Virus record (IMG/VR): IMGVR_UViG_3300029288_006769
Span: 360,145 to 424,144 of that record
Reading direction: 5' to 3' (one strand)
Length of the DNA stretch: 64,000 nucleotides
Origin: a virus
Shown: positions 10,295-21,050 of the stretch, piece by piece
Layout: each line of letters starts with the position of its first letter
Position numbering within the stretch: position 1 is the first letter of the stretch
The notes under the pieces: generated by a model
Told to the model about the DNA's origin: nothing
The model's database searches: none
The model's input: only the letters and a program-made list of their open reading frames with translations
Translations under genes and position numbers: made by a program

Positions 10295-11755
10295 CTATTC
10301 TTCCTGATAAGATTCTGGCCATACACCTTCATTTTGTTTAAATTTCTTCTTTATTTTTTCGCCATTAGCTTTAGGGTTAAGTTCTTCTAGAGCAATCATA
10401 GCATCTTCCCAATATATTCCCTCATGATCAATTAATGTTTTAAGTTCTTCAGCAAGTTTATCATAATCAGTAGAGTTCCTTACGATGATAAATTCTTTAA
10501 TGTTTTCACGATTCTTAGGGTGTTTCATAGGTTTTCTGCCAAAAGCAGCAAGAATTTCACCAGCAATTTTGTCAATATTGTTATTCAGAACTGAAGCGGT
10601 TTTGATTTGCGCTTTTTTAGTGAAATGCTTGTGTATTGCAGCTTTAATTTCTACCATTGTTTGTCCAGGAAAGAAGTTCTCACGTATAATTTCGCAAGCT
10701 TCTCTAAGACAAGAAATTATTTCTTTGTCTTCATTGGTTGCAAGAATTTTTGCAGTATTTACAGTTTCAACAACATGAGACCCTGTAAAATCTTTTGAAA
10801 GCGTGATAATTTCATCATCGACAGCTTTTCCAAGATGTTTGAAATACATCATTTTAAGATTCTCAGGTCCAGGTAAACCAATCTCTATTCTTCTATCAAA
10901 ACGACAAGGGCGAGAAGAAAGAGCTGTGTCCAGCATTTCAATTTTATTTGTAGATGCTATAACAACAAGTGGTTCACCAAATTTTCTCATACCATCAAGA
11001 TTTGTAAGCAGATCGCCAAGTTGATTTGAAGCTGTAAAGTTATCTCTATTTCCACTCATAAAATCTATATCTTCGAATGCAAGAACTGTTGGGCCAAGAT
11101 ATGCCAAGAACTCAAACAGCTTACTAACAGCCATATATCTAAAAGATTCAGCTGTCACATAAATTCTACTTACATTTTTCTTGTCAAGATCATTAAAAAC
11201 AGCTTTTACAACAGAAGTCTTCCCAGTCCCTGGAGGCCCATACATAACAAGACCCCGTTTGTTCACTCCTGCTGTTGCAAATTTTTGATTTCCAAGAAAT
11301 TCTGATGTGTTAAGCCGTATATCTTTCTTAGCTTTTTCGGTAAGGATAACATCATCCCAAGAAACTTTCGGAACATCCCTGAAAAACATTGTTTCTTTTT
11401 CAGCATATAGGCATTTTCCACGATATTGATTTTTCTTAATCATATCGTTTTCAAATCTGTCAATCCATTGTTTTGCTTCTTCTCTTGTTTGAGCATAACA
11501 GTTCACATGAAAACTACCATACTGCATATATGCTGTAATTATTTTGTTATCATAAACTGCAGATAAATTTTCAATTGCAGGCATTGTGTTATAGACATCG
11601 ATTTGTAAATCATCTAAAACTGGTTTTTTCCCAAAATCATTTGCTGTTGCAATTTTTGGTGTTTGTTCCTTCAACAGATTTGTGATTGTATATTTTGCAA
11701 TTGGGACAAGTAAACCATCATAAGAACGAGAAACTGGAGTGAGACCGAGTATCAT
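10295..11755 (-). CDS. AAA+ ATPase
   Basis: GPPGTGKT, LAFEDID, STN, RPCRFDR. Confidence 0.9.
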   Translation of the reverse strand: MILGLTPVSRSYDGLLVPIAKYTITNLLKEQTPKIATANDFGKKPVLDDLQIDVYNTMPAIENLSAVYDNKIITAYMQYGSFHVNCYAQTREEAKQWIDRFENDMIKKNQYRGKCLYAEKETMFFRDVPKVSWDDVILTEKAKKDIRLNTSEFLGNQKFATAGVNKRGLVMYGPPGTGKTSVVKAVFNDLDKKNVSRIYVTAESFRYMAVSKLFEFLAYLGPTVLAFEDIDFMSGNRDNFTASNQLGDLLTNLDGMRKFGEPLVVIASTNKIEMLDTALSSRPCRFDRRIEIGLPGPENLKMMYFKHLGKAVDDEIITLSKDFTGSHVVETVNTAKILATNEDKEIISCLREACEIIRENFFPGQTMVEIKAAIHKHFTKKAQIKTASVLNNNIDKIAGEILAAFGRKPMKHPKNRENIKEFIIVRNSTDYDKLAEELKTLIDHEGIYWEDAMIALEELNPKANGEKIKKKFKQNEGVWPESYQEE

Positions 11756-11769
11756 ATTTAATCTCCTTT

Positions 11770-12105
11770 TTAATTACTCTCTTTTAGATGTTTTTTATTA
11801 ACAATGTGGTATTGTTCTAATGGGAAAGCTTTAAGTCTTTTCAAAACATCAAGTACTTTTTGTTTGCTTTTTACATCAGAATTTATCTCTACTTCTACAA
11901 GATTTTTGCCAGTAAAATCTGGGAACTCTTCGTCATCTATATCAAAAACTTTAAGCTCTACTGTTAATCTGCTTAAATGCCTTTTCAATTCTTCAATTTT
12001 TGTTTCATCAAGACCCCATGACCCAAGATCCTTTGGATATTTTGCCGATGTTTCTAAATTGAAAGCAAGTTTTTTAACTATAGAATTCAATTCTTTCAAA
12101 ATCAT
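11770..12105 (-). CDS. Hypothetical protein
   Basis: 111 aa ORF with GGAGG SD. Confidence 0.55.
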   Translation of the reverse strand: MILKELNSIVKKLAFNLETSAKYPKDLGSWGLDETKIEELKRHLSRLTVELKVFDIDDEEFPDFTGKNLVEVEINSDVKSKQKVLDVLKRLKAFPLEQYHIVNKKHLKESN

Positions 12106-13241
12106 AAGTTTCCTCCAACAACTGATCTTATAATAGACTCAGATATAATAAAAAGTTTAGAACTTTTTAAAAAATTTTTTTTCATTTTAGCATAATCTGG
12201 TAATTGACTCAAACGCAAATCCTGTGCATTTATATCTTTATCGGTTCTTTCTCTAACGAATCCAGGTTTTGAAATAGTAGCAGCAAATTGATCTTCAATT
12301 TTTTCCCAAGATTTATCTTTAAATTCAAATGTATTGACAGGTCTATAATTCAATCTCTCGTAACTTGTTTCTATAACTTTATTCATTTTAAAAGGATCGA
12401 CCCAAATAGTTCCATTTTCTTTCTTTATCTCATATTTTTTAGCAAGTTTCCACCATTCATCCCGATCAGTATCTGTAAAACCAACTCCTAAATTTATGAC
12501 TTTATAAAACTGTTTCCCATCATAAAAACCTAATATCAAAGCCCCCATACGGCCTTTATTCTTCCCACGACCTTCTTGAACAGCTAATACGCCAAGATCT
12601 AAAGTAAAAACAGGTTTAGACTTATAGATTTTTCCATCTGCCGTTCGAACAACTATACCTTCATTTTTTTCTTTTTCGACCCACTTGTTCCAAACTGATT
12701 TCAAGTCAGAAACTTTTCCGATTTTATGATCTACTGGATAAATATGCTTCGATTTCCCAAACCATTTTTCGAGTTTTTCAAAATTTGTTTTATAATCTTC
12801 ATAAGAACTTGAAACTTCTTTATTATCAAGTTCATGAACTTCAAAAGGAAAAAATTCTATATGTTCTTCTTCACCAAGTTCTGGTTTTCTTAACGTTGAT
12901 TCAGTATCGTTAAAATGTACTGGTTTTCCATGAGATGAAGTCTTTGCAAGTTCTCCAAAAATAATAGCCTGTCGAACTTTTTCTTTTTTCAAAATAGTTT
13001 CTATTTCGTTCGACACAGGCATATCTTGACGAATTCTACCATCTTTTGAACTGAACTTTACATCTCCTGGAGTATATTCCATGCCACCTAATTCGCCATC
13101 AATTTTTTCTGACGCGAAAATCTCTTGGTCTCCAACTTCTTTTTTGAGCTCATCAAAGCTTAAGGAGACCATACCTTGATGCTCTTTCCAGGATTGTACT
13201 TGTTTTGTTAAGCTATTAGACTTGTCAATATGGGACTTCAT
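12102..13241 (-). CDS. ATP-dependent DNA ligase
   Basis: EKIDGE adenylation motif, FGEL, EGIVV, OB domain GRGKNKGRMGALILG...GVGFTD; start uncertain (13241 or 13172). Confidence 0.85.
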   Translation of the reverse strand: MKSHIDKSNSLTKQVQSWKEHQGMVSLSFDELKKEVGDQEIFASEKIDGELGGMEYTPGDVKFSSKDGRIRQDMPVSNEIETILKKEKVRQAIIFGELAKTSSHGKPVHFNDTESTLRKPELGEEEHIEFFPFEVHELDNKEVSSSYEDYKTNFEKLEKWFGKSKHIYPVDHKIGKVSDLKSVWNKWVEKEKNEGIVVRTADGKIYKSKPVFTLDLGVLAVQEGRGKNKGRMGALILGFYDGKQFYKVINLGVGFTDTDRDEWWKLAKKYEIKKENGTIWVDPFKMNKVIETSYERLNYRPVNTFEFKDKSWEKIEDQFAATISKPGFVRERTDKDINAQDLRLSQLPDYAKMKKNFLKSSKLFIISESIIRSVVGGNL

Positions 13242-13297
13242 GTCAAATAACAGCAAATAAAAACTATAGAAAAGAACTAGATGTTTAGACAAACGTT

Positions 13298-13711
13298 TTA
13301 AACAGTTACAGCTTCGGCATCTACTTCCTCAAGTATTTTTTGCAAATCATACTTGGGTTTCAATTTCATCTTATGCTGTTGTTTGTCGTATTCAAGGAAA
13401 GGATGTGGAGATTCACGCTTATCTTTTATGAAAAGCTCGATAAACTCTTTACCACCTCGAAGAAGTTCATCTATCGATAATGTCTTGACATCAGGGTTTC
13501 CTAAGAAAAACTTTTTATCAAGATATCCAAAATCTGCAAGAGCAATTTCAGGTTCACTTTGGCTAGTAAAATCTTCCCAAAATTTTTTTCGATCTTCAGG
13601 CGATAAAAACTCAAAATGTAGATCGGCATGCCCTTTCCCCTTAACAGGTACCTGAGGCATTGCTTCTTTTACTATATCATCTAACAATCTATTATATTCA
13701 GCACATTTCAT
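13298..13711 (-). CDS. Hypothetical protein
   Basis: 137 aa ORF with AGGAG SD. Confidence 0.55.
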   Translation of the reverse strand: MKCAEYNRLLDDIVKEAMPQVPVKGKGHADLHFEFLSPEDRKKFWEDFTSQSEPEIALADFGYLDKKFFLGNPDVKTLSIDELLRGGKEFIELFIKDKRESPHPFLEYDKQQHKMKLKPKYDLQKILEEVDAEAVTV

Positions 13712-13757
13712 TCTATTCTCCTAACAAAATATTAAGAGAATAAAAGCTTTAGAAAAT

Positions 13758-14240
13758 CTACTGTCCAGTTGAACCAAAACCTCCCAAACCACGTGAAGTA
13801 GCATCAAGATCTTCTACTTCTATAACAGGGAATAAACCTACAGGACAAACAACAAGTTGAGCAATCTTATCACCAACTTTTAGTTCTTGTCGCTCATGTC
13901 CTATATTTGCAATAATAATTCCAATATGTCCTCTATATTGCTGGTCAATTGTACCCGGACTATTTACAACTATAAGACCTTTGTTCAAAGCATTGCCACT
14001 TCTTGGTCTTGCTTGAATTTCCCAACCTATACCTGCAGTACCTGCAAGCCCTGTGTCAATTAAAACTCTATCATTTGTTGAAAGTATCACGTTTTGAGCA
14101 CCTTCTGACATTTCCTTCAAACCTGAAACTTCAAATTTCTTAACAAAATGATGTATGAAAACATCAGCACCAGAATCTGTTGAATTAGCACGTTCTGGCA
14201 ATCTAGCATCAGCATATAACTTTTTGATTTTTAAGTTCAT
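13758..14240 (-). CDS. dut: dUTPase (trimeric)
   Basis: SGAD, PRSG, NSPGTID..YRG, IAQLV, RGLGGFGSTG. Confidence 0.95.
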   Translation of the reverse strand: MNLKIKKLYADARLPERANSTDSGADVFIHHFVKKFEVSGLKEMSEGAQNVILSTNDRVLIDTGLAGTAGIGWEIQARPRSGNALNKGLIVVNSPGTIDQQYRGHIGIIIANIGHERQELKVGDKIAQLVVCPVGLFPVIEVEDLDATSRGLGGFGSTGQ

Positions 14241-14426
14241 TATGCTCCAATCTGAATTTCTTCAAAATGTACATGTGCAGGTTTCAAACAATGAACTTTT
14301 TCCCAACATTCAAACGAACAAAATCCATCATCAGTTTCAACATTATCAACATGATAGCTTTTATTGCATTCAGGATTTGAACAATTAGAATGAGACATAC
14401 CTGCCCCCTAGTTAAAGTTTTTTATA

Positions 14427-16976
14427 TTAACCACAACCAACATAATCTGGACAATCAATACAACGTTGACAACCACCCTCCATTACAACTCTACCACCAC
14501 AAACTGGGCATTTAATTCCCTTAAGCTCTATACCATCATTTAATGTTTTAGACAAAAACTTTCTAACGGCAGTAAGAAGCGTTGAAACATTATCCCCATC
14601 AATTCCCATCAAAGAAACAAGTATGTCTTCTCTAGGGATATTGTGTCTCAAACACAAAGAAATCATACGTCCAAGTCTATTATGAGGATAATCTTCATTT
14701 GCTTTATCGACAGTCTCTTTTACAATCTCTCTATCTATTCCGCAAGATAATGCAAGTTTAGAGAGATTTCGAGCTGCTTTATTACAAACTTTTAATTCTT
14801 CACCACCATATTGTGAATTAGTATAGATCCAAATACAAATAGGGAATTCTTTTCTTGAATCTTCAGGAAGATATGAAAAATGTAAATAGAATTTTTTACC
14901 TTCTCTTTTTATAATATGAGTTTCACCGTTTATGAAAATGTCGGGAAGTTTTATGTCTTTTGCAATAATTTCTCGTCTTGCAGCTTTACTTATATCAGAA
15001 AGTACAGATTCCATTGAACCTTCACGATATGTCGTAAAACCATTAAGTCCAAGTTTCCATGCCTTCAAGTAAAGTTCTTTAAAATCATCAAAAGGATAGT
15101 CATTAGGAAGATTCGCTGTTTTGCTAGTACTTTGATTATTATAGAATTGAACGACTTCTTGAATTCTCAAATGATCATCAATTTTCAAATCTTTTGTTGT
15201 AACAAGATACTTTGAATGATCTTCATCAGGGAAATTATCAAGTAACCATTGATACCCGTAATCTCTTACTTTATTTATCTTGCATAAACCCCTGTTATGA
15301 GGCTCATAATAATATTCAAAATCACTATACTCGCCCCTCCAGTATTCATAATCTTTCTCTTTATGATGTTTTAAGAGTTTTTTGACGTTGTCAGCGTCAA
15401 GTCCTTCGGGCCACTGTTGACAAATAACTTTTCTCTCATACTCAATAAGAAAAACAGGCTCAATTCCGTTTGAAGTGATATCTGAAAGCAAAGATGAGTT
15501 ACCAAGCGGCGGAACAGTTGTAGTTTTTGCATTTCTTGCACCATATTTTCTCAACATTGCTCTTGTGTCGTCTGTAATTCTTACAGAATTGAAAAATTCT
15601 GTGCTCTCAAATTCAGCTTTTCTATATGCTCCAAAAACTCCTTTTTCTTTAGCAAGTAATGCTGATGTTTGCCATGTAAGATTTTCTTTTAATTGGCAAA
15701 TTTTCTTAGTGAATTCAACAGCTTCTTGACTATTATAAGGAATTTTGAGCATCATTAAAGTAGAACCCAAACCATTAATCCCCATACCTATTTGACGAAG
15801 ATTATCTATAACCCATTGATAACTTGGCAGAGGTGCATAAGTAAGATCATTTACGTTGTCAAGCATTCTTGTAAAAATCTTTACATCTTTGATGTATTCG
15901 TCAAAGTCAAAATAAGTAGTTCTATCAATTTTTATATGGACATATTGAGTGAGGTTTAAAGAGCCAAGAAGACAGACAGTGCCAATAGATGCTAGACCTC
16001 CTATTTCCCCACAAGGGTTGGTCGCTGTTACTCGACCAAGATATGCAACAGGATTGTTGTGCATCATATTATCAGCAAAAAGGACACCAGGCTCTGCTCT
16101 ATCATAACAAGATTGCATTATCAAGTTATAAAGTTCTCTTGCTTTAATTTTTTTGAACACAACTCCATTAAAACTCTGTTCAAAGAACTCATCGTTTTCT
16201 ACAGCTCTCAAAAAATCATCAGTTAGAACAACAGAGATATTGAATTTTGTCAATACACCAGAGGTCTGTTTTGCTCTTACGAACTCTTCACAATCAGGGT
16301 GTGTAACGCTCAAGGCACCAAGCATTGCACCTTTTCTTATTGAATCTTTTATAATTTCCTTTACTTTCTCGAATTTTTCTGCTCCAAGATAGTTCTTGAT
16401 TCTATCAACATAACCATCAGCATCACCTTGAACAATACATTGAGAAACAGCGTCCCAGATTTTCATATAAGCTACAACACCAGGATGCTTGATTCCAGTA
16501 CCTTTAATTATAGAACCACGAGGTCTAATAAAATCAAAGCTTACACCATAACCACCTTCAGAAGCAAGAGTTTTTGCTTGTTCTGTTATGGTTAAAAAGA
16601 TATTTAACAAATCATCAGGAGAATCATCAGTTTCATATTCAATAGGAAATTGTATGAGTTTGTTTTCTGTTTCACGTTCATATGAAACTTTTGCATTAGA
16701 AACAGGAGCAGCAACAAAACAATTAAGTAAAGTTGCTTTCTTGTAAGTAGTCCCTACATTTGCTGTTATTCTCCCGCCAGTAGTACATTTCAATCCTACT
16801 GGTTCCCCTTCGACGATTTTTACAAGTGTATGTAAAAAAGGCTCATACCACTCATCAGGATTTTTTTCTACAGATGCAAGGGCTCTAGCAACTCTTTGGA
16901 AAGTCTCGTATGGAGTCTCATTACCAAATTTATATTTTGAAGCCCATATTTCTCTAGCAAGTTCAGTTTTAAACAT
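14427..16976 (-). CDS. nrdJ: Class II (B12-dependent) ribonucleotide reductase
   Basis: NCF, TNPCGE, CLLGSLNL, GIEP, TYREGS, C-terminal CPVC...GGCQRCIDC..CG; no beta subunit in window. Confidence 0.9.
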   Translation of the reverse strand: MFKTELAREIWASKYKFGNETPYETFQRVARALASVEKNPDEWYEPFLHTLVKIVEGEPVGLKCTTGGRITANVGTTYKKATLLNCFVAAPVSNAKVSYERETENKLIQFPIEYETDDSPDDLLNIFLTITEQAKTLASEGGYGVSFDFIRPRGSIIKGTGIKHPGVVAYMKIWDAVSQCIVQGDADGYVDRIKNYLGAEKFEKVKEIIKDSIRKGAMLGALSVTHPDCEEFVRAKQTSGVLTKFNISVVLTDDFLRAVENDEFFEQSFNGVVFKKIKARELYNLIMQSCYDRAEPGVLFADNMMHNNPVAYLGRVTATNPCGEIGGLASIGTVCLLGSLNLTQYVHIKIDRTTYFDFDEYIKDVKIFTRMLDNVNDLTYAPLPSYQWVIDNLRQIGMGINGLGSTLMMLKIPYNSQEAVEFTKKICQLKENLTWQTSALLAKEKGVFGAYRKAEFESTEFFNSVRITDDTRAMLRKYGARNAKTTTVPPLGNSSLLSDITSNGIEPVFLIEYERKVICQQWPEGLDADNVKKLLKHHKEKDYEYWRGEYSDFEYYYEPHNRGLCKINKVRDYGYQWLLDNFPDEDHSKYLVTTKDLKIDDHLRIQEVVQFYNNQSTSKTANLPNDYPFDDFKELYLKAWKLGLNGFTTYREGSMESVLSDISKAARREIIAKDIKLPDIFINGETHIIKREGKKFYLHFSYLPEDSRKEFPICIWIYTNSQYGGEELKVCNKAARNLSKLALSCGIDREIVKETVDKANEDYPHNRLGRMISLCLRHNIPREDILVSLMGIDGDNVSTLLTAVRKFLSKTLNDGIELKGIKCPVCGGRVVMEGGCQRCIDCPDYVGCG

Positions 16977-17464
16977 GATGATTTCCCGTCTAGTGTAAGA
17001 CTAATATGGTTCTCCGATTATTTAAATTCTTGTATATGTAATGAGAGGAGTTCAGCTACAAAAGCTAAAGTTTGCTTTTCTTTAGGTGTGAATTTAAATC
17101 GTTCTATTTTATCGCCTTCGATAATATTTTCTATATTTTGTAAGGCTGTCTCAAAATCTTGTTTTTTCTCAGATAACTTTTCGCTCATGTCACCCTTCTT
17201 GCATATCAACTAGTTTTGTTTCTTTATCGCCACACTTCTTACAAATAAAGACCTGCATTATCTTATGCAAGTCTTCACCAAAATTCTTACTTTCAACATC
17301 AAAATCTATCGAGCCGCATTTTTTGCAAGCGTTCATTTTTATTAATCTCCTTTAATTTATTTCTATAAAAAGGAGCAATAAAAACACTAAAAAAACAAGT
17401 CTTTTGTTTATTAATAAGAATGAGAAAAGAGAACTACGTGATGTCTGGTGAGAAAAATAATTTG

Positions 17465-17997
17465 TCAGTCTACTTCAATATCCTGATCAACTAATTTTTT
17501 AACTTCTGCAAATTCATGTTGATCAAACCCTTTAAGCCTTGCAGTCCAATTAGGATTGTCGGGGAGACAATCCATAACATGTGCTACAGTTTCAAAACTT
17601 ACTGGAGTAAAATTGTTACTGTCAACACCTACATCAAAAGATTTTCCAAAGGGCTCGAGCATACCGTGCGAGTGTCCGTATAAATGCCAAACACGCATTG
17701 CAAAATGAGATAGAACAATAGTTTTCTTTTCAATTTTAATTATATGTAAGTCATAAACTTTATCAAAAACACTACAATCATATCTATAATCATGATTCCC
17801 TACAATCAGCTCGATCCGGCCCTTCAATCTCTTTCTATAATGATAAGGGTTCTTAAAGGAGAAATCCCCAAGATGATAGACTGTGTCGCGCTCACCAACT
17901 ACATTGTTCCAATTATTTATTATTGTTTCAAAGGACGATCGCAATAATGTATAATTTTTGAATGACCAAGATGCGTGTCGGAAGTAAAGAAAATCAT
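17465..17997 (-). pseudogene. Calcineurin-like metallophosphoesterase, frameshifted
   Basis: MIFFTSDTHLGH...CDRP starts at 17997 (ATGA overlap with helicase stop) and stops after 25 aa; LGDF, GNHD, GHSH motifs continue in the -1 frame. Confidence 0.75.
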
Positions 17998-20684
17998 TGT
18001 AGGAGTTCTCTATTTTCTATTAAGACTTTCTCATATAATTTTTCACCTAAAATGTCTCGAGCAAGAAGTTGCTTTTGTTTGAAATCTAGTATAGTACAAA
18101 TACCTTCTTCAAATAACTTTCTTACTCTTACTCCGCCAATACCCCTCAGAGAACAAAGTTCGGTTTGTTTATCCGTAATTTCGTATTCTATTCTTAATTG
18201 AAGTTTTCTCCAAAAATCAGATCTGTTCCAATGTGCATGCATTTTGTCTATCATATCTAAAGCAGTACACATGCGCTCAGCATCAAACTTGACCTGACGT
18301 TTTTGATGTTCTCCCAGTTCTTCTGAAAAAGTCAAACAAGCATAGAAAGCTACTCCAATTGTACCACAACTTTCTGAAATAATTAAGTTTCTATTTCTAC
18401 ATGATGCTACAAATTCTTTTACAAGATCCTGCATTTCTTTCCCAGCAAAAACATCAGTGTTGTCAGGTATATTTGCTAGAGCCCAACTTATAGCATAATC
18501 GTCAAGTTTATTCTCAACAAAAAGCCGATTGAAATTAAAATACCAACTTGAGATAGAATATGGGCTATAATATAAGTAAGCAGCAACACGTCCTAGTTTT
18601 GTTACCTTATAGTTGTTTCCAACTTTTTCAATAACTTTTATTCTTTCTAATTTTGAGAGCAAATTTTCAGCATCACACCTATCAAGAAAATTGCTTTGAA
18701 AAGCTGCAAGACTTCTATTATACCAATCCATCAAAGTTGATATATCATAAACGTTATTCTCAGAAATTTCAGAAATTATATGAAATGCAAGAACATCTTG
18801 GTCGTTCATTGTCGATAGAATTGGAGGAATGTTTTCACACCAACTTTTATATCTCATGAATTTATTTTGAGGAAGAAGTACATGAGCATCACCTTTAGGA
18901 TCAAGCCCGACACGACCTGACCGTCCTACCATTTGTTTTATATCCAAAGGTTCGACTTCTTGTATTCCTCTATGAACACCTACGACAACACATCTTCTGC
19001 AAGGTAAATTAATTCCCCAAGCAAGGGTAGATGTTGCAACTATAATTCGTATCCCATTTTTATCTTTAAACTCATTAGGAATTCGTACTCTATCTTCGAG
19101 AGTAAGTTCCGAATTATGGAGTTCTACTTTTTCACCCATATCTTTTAACATGGTAAAAATTGATCTACCCATATTTTTTGAATGAACAAAAACAATGAAT
19201 TTATCTTCTTTAAATTGTTGTGTAACAGCAATTGCTTTATTCATTTTGTTTTTTTCAACAGATTGATATTTCCCATAATCATCATACGGTTCATAATGGA
19301 TATCAAGTTGACAAGGCCTGTAATCCGAATTTATCAATTCTGATTTTTTGCCATTCAGACTAGAAAGCCAACGCGCAAGTTCATCAACATTCGGCATTGT
19401 AGCAGAAAGAAAAATAACGCGACAGGAAGGATTCTGTTTTGTAAAACGCATTATTGCGCTCTCAGCTTTATCTCCTCTCCCTTTTACGCATAAAAGATGA
19501 GATTCATCTTGAACAATAGTTCCTGCCTCTAATAACCAATTGTTTTTTTCTATTGCAATTCTTCGAGTACGACTGTCAAGCATTTCGGTTGTCATTATAA
19601 TTATATGTGCATTGTTGAGTTCTTCAACGCGTTTTTCTGTAAGCTGATAATCTCCTGTAACAATACTCACATTTAATTTTGACCATCCATGATTTGGATT
19701 TGTCCAGTCTTCATATTTCTCTTGTGAAACTGCTTTCAAAGGAGAAAGAAAAATTGCTTTCCTGCCCTTAGCAATAGAATCGCTCATGAACATTTCAGCA
19801 ACAGTAGTTTTTCCAGCAGAAGTAGCAGCAGCAACTACACAATTGACATCCTGATTATAATATGCAAAAACTTCAGATTGAACTGGATTAAAAAATTCAA
19901 ATTTGAAATTCAAATATGGAAAATTTGATGTCGGTACAAGTTCAATGTTTTTCTTTGTTTTGAGTTGTATTGAAGATTGTTCTTGCTTTTGTATAAAATT
20001 TTGTTTTGGAAATTCTATCTTCATTTGTTCAGATTCATCAGTTTCTTCAACGCCTTGAGCATAAATTTCGACATTTCTTACCTGTCTTGTCCCTGTGCAA
20101 CCTGTTACAAAAAATTGAGTACACCCATAAAATTCGCCTTTTCTTCCATTACGTTTTTTCATGGGAGCATCACATTCAGGACAATGAACAGCAGGCTCAT
20201 TTTCTTGAGGGTCTGTAATTGTTTTGGGTATGTTTATGTGTCCTGTCAAGGACATTGAAGTTTTGCAATTGGGATATGACAAACAGCCATAAAATTGGCC
20301 CCTGATCCCTTCTCTAAGAACCATTACGCTTCCGCAAGACTTACAAAACTTTAAATTTGTAATTTCTTGTTTGAACTCATCAAGTTTTTCTTTAAGACGT
20401 TCTTTCCAATTCGACATCCGATGTGTTCTTTTAGCTTTATCTATGGGTTTTGAACTTTTTTTATCCAGCAGAACACATCGAATTGCATCTTCACCAAGAG
20501 ACCGTGAAGTGCCTGCAAATTTATCTATCGAGGAATAGATACGAACAAAAATTGTTGGATTTTGTGTTTTTAAATCATAAATAATTTCATTAGAAGCTAG
20601 TTCATCTGCTTCAGAATAAATCCCATAACTTCTAAGAAAATCTTCGAAATTCTCTTTTAATATCATAACTGATGTTGAAGTCAT
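17994..20684 (-). CDS. Ski2/Hel308-like SF2 helicase with N-terminal topoisomerase-type C4 zinc ribbons
   Basis: ATSAGKT, DESH, LSAT, TSTLAWGINLP, QMVGRSGR; two GxFYGC zinc ribbons; C-terminal HhH LRGIGG. Confidence 0.9.
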   Translation of the reverse strand: MTSTSVMILKENFEDFLRSYGIYSEADELASNEIIYDLKTQNPTIFVRIYSSIDKFAGTSRSLGEDAIRCVLLDKKSSKPIDKAKRTHRMSNWKERLKEKLDEFKQEITNLKFCKSCGSVMVLREGIRGQFYGCLSYPNCKTSMSLTGHINIPKTITDPQENEPAVHCPECDAPMKKRNGRKGEFYGCTQFFVTGCTGTRQVRNVEIYAQGVEETDESEQMKIEFPKQNFIQKQEQSSIQLKTKKNIELVPTSNFPYLNFKFEFFNPVQSEVFAYYNQDVNCVVAAATSAGKTTVAEMFMSDSIAKGRKAIFLSPLKAVSQEKYEDWTNPNHGWSKLNVSIVTGDYQLTEKRVEELNNAHIIIMTTEMLDSRTRRIAIEKNNWLLEAGTIVQDESHLLCVKGRGDKAESAIMRFTKQNPSCRVIFLSATMPNVDELARWLSSLNGKKSELINSDYRPCQLDIHYEPYDDYGKYQSVEKNKMNKAIAVTQQFKEDKFIVFVHSKNMGRSIFTMLKDMGEKVELHNSELTLEDRVRIPNEFKDKNGIRIIVATSTLAWGINLPCRRCVVVGVHRGIQEVEPLDIKQMVGRSGRVGLDPKGDAHVLLPQNKFMRYKSWCENIPPILSTMNDQDVLAFHIISEISENNVYDISTLMDWYNRSLAAFQSNFLDRCDAENLLSKLERIKVIEKVGNNYKVTKLGRVAAYLYYSPYSISSWYFNFNRLFVENKLDDYAISWALANIPDNTDVFAGKEMQDLVKEFVASCRNRNLIISESCGTIGVAFYACLTFSEELGEHQKRQVKFDAERMCTALDMIDKMHAHWNRSDFWRKLQLRIEYEITDKQTELCSLRGIGGVRVRKLFEEGICTILDFKQKQLLARDILGEKLYEKVLIENRELLQ

Positions 20685-20740
20685 TATTCTCTCCTAAGTA
20701 CTATTTATATCTAAATAATTTATAAAGTATGCCAAAAACA

Positions 20741-20776
20741 AAAAGCCCCTGGAAGTTATTCTTCCAAGGGCCTTTT
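20741..20776 (-). terminator. Intrinsic terminator (possibly bidirectional)
   Basis: GCCCCTGGAAG / CTTCCAAGGGC stem flanked by A and T runs. Confidence 0.6.
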
Positions 20777-20789
20777 AAAATCCAACTTT

Positions 20790-21050
20790 TTAATAATCGA
20801 ATCTAGCAAGTTCTTTCAATAATTCAGGTTTTGTTTGTTCACTTGACAAAATTTCTTGTGCAAAATCAATTTCAGCACCATCTTTTAAATACTCAAATGC
20901 TAGAATTGTACGAAGTTCTTTTAAAGAAAGAGTTCCAACATTCTTATTTCCAAGTTTTTTCTTAATCTTATTATACTCTTGTTCTAAACTACGAAGATCA
21001 AAATTACATATTTTAAGAATTTCTGATGCAACTCTTTCTACATTTTTCAT
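20790..21050 (-). CDS. Hypothetical protein
   Basis: 86 aa ORF coupled to upstream gene. Confidence 0.55.
   Translation of the reverse strand: MKNVERVASEILKICNFDLRSLEQEYNKIKKKLGNKNVGTLSLKELRTILAFEYLKDGAEIDFAQEILSSEQTKPELLKELARFDY

Noticed and set aside
14427-16976. Intein or intron in the RNR
   Set aside because: Continuous ORF with no C...HN-C/S/T splice motifs recognised.
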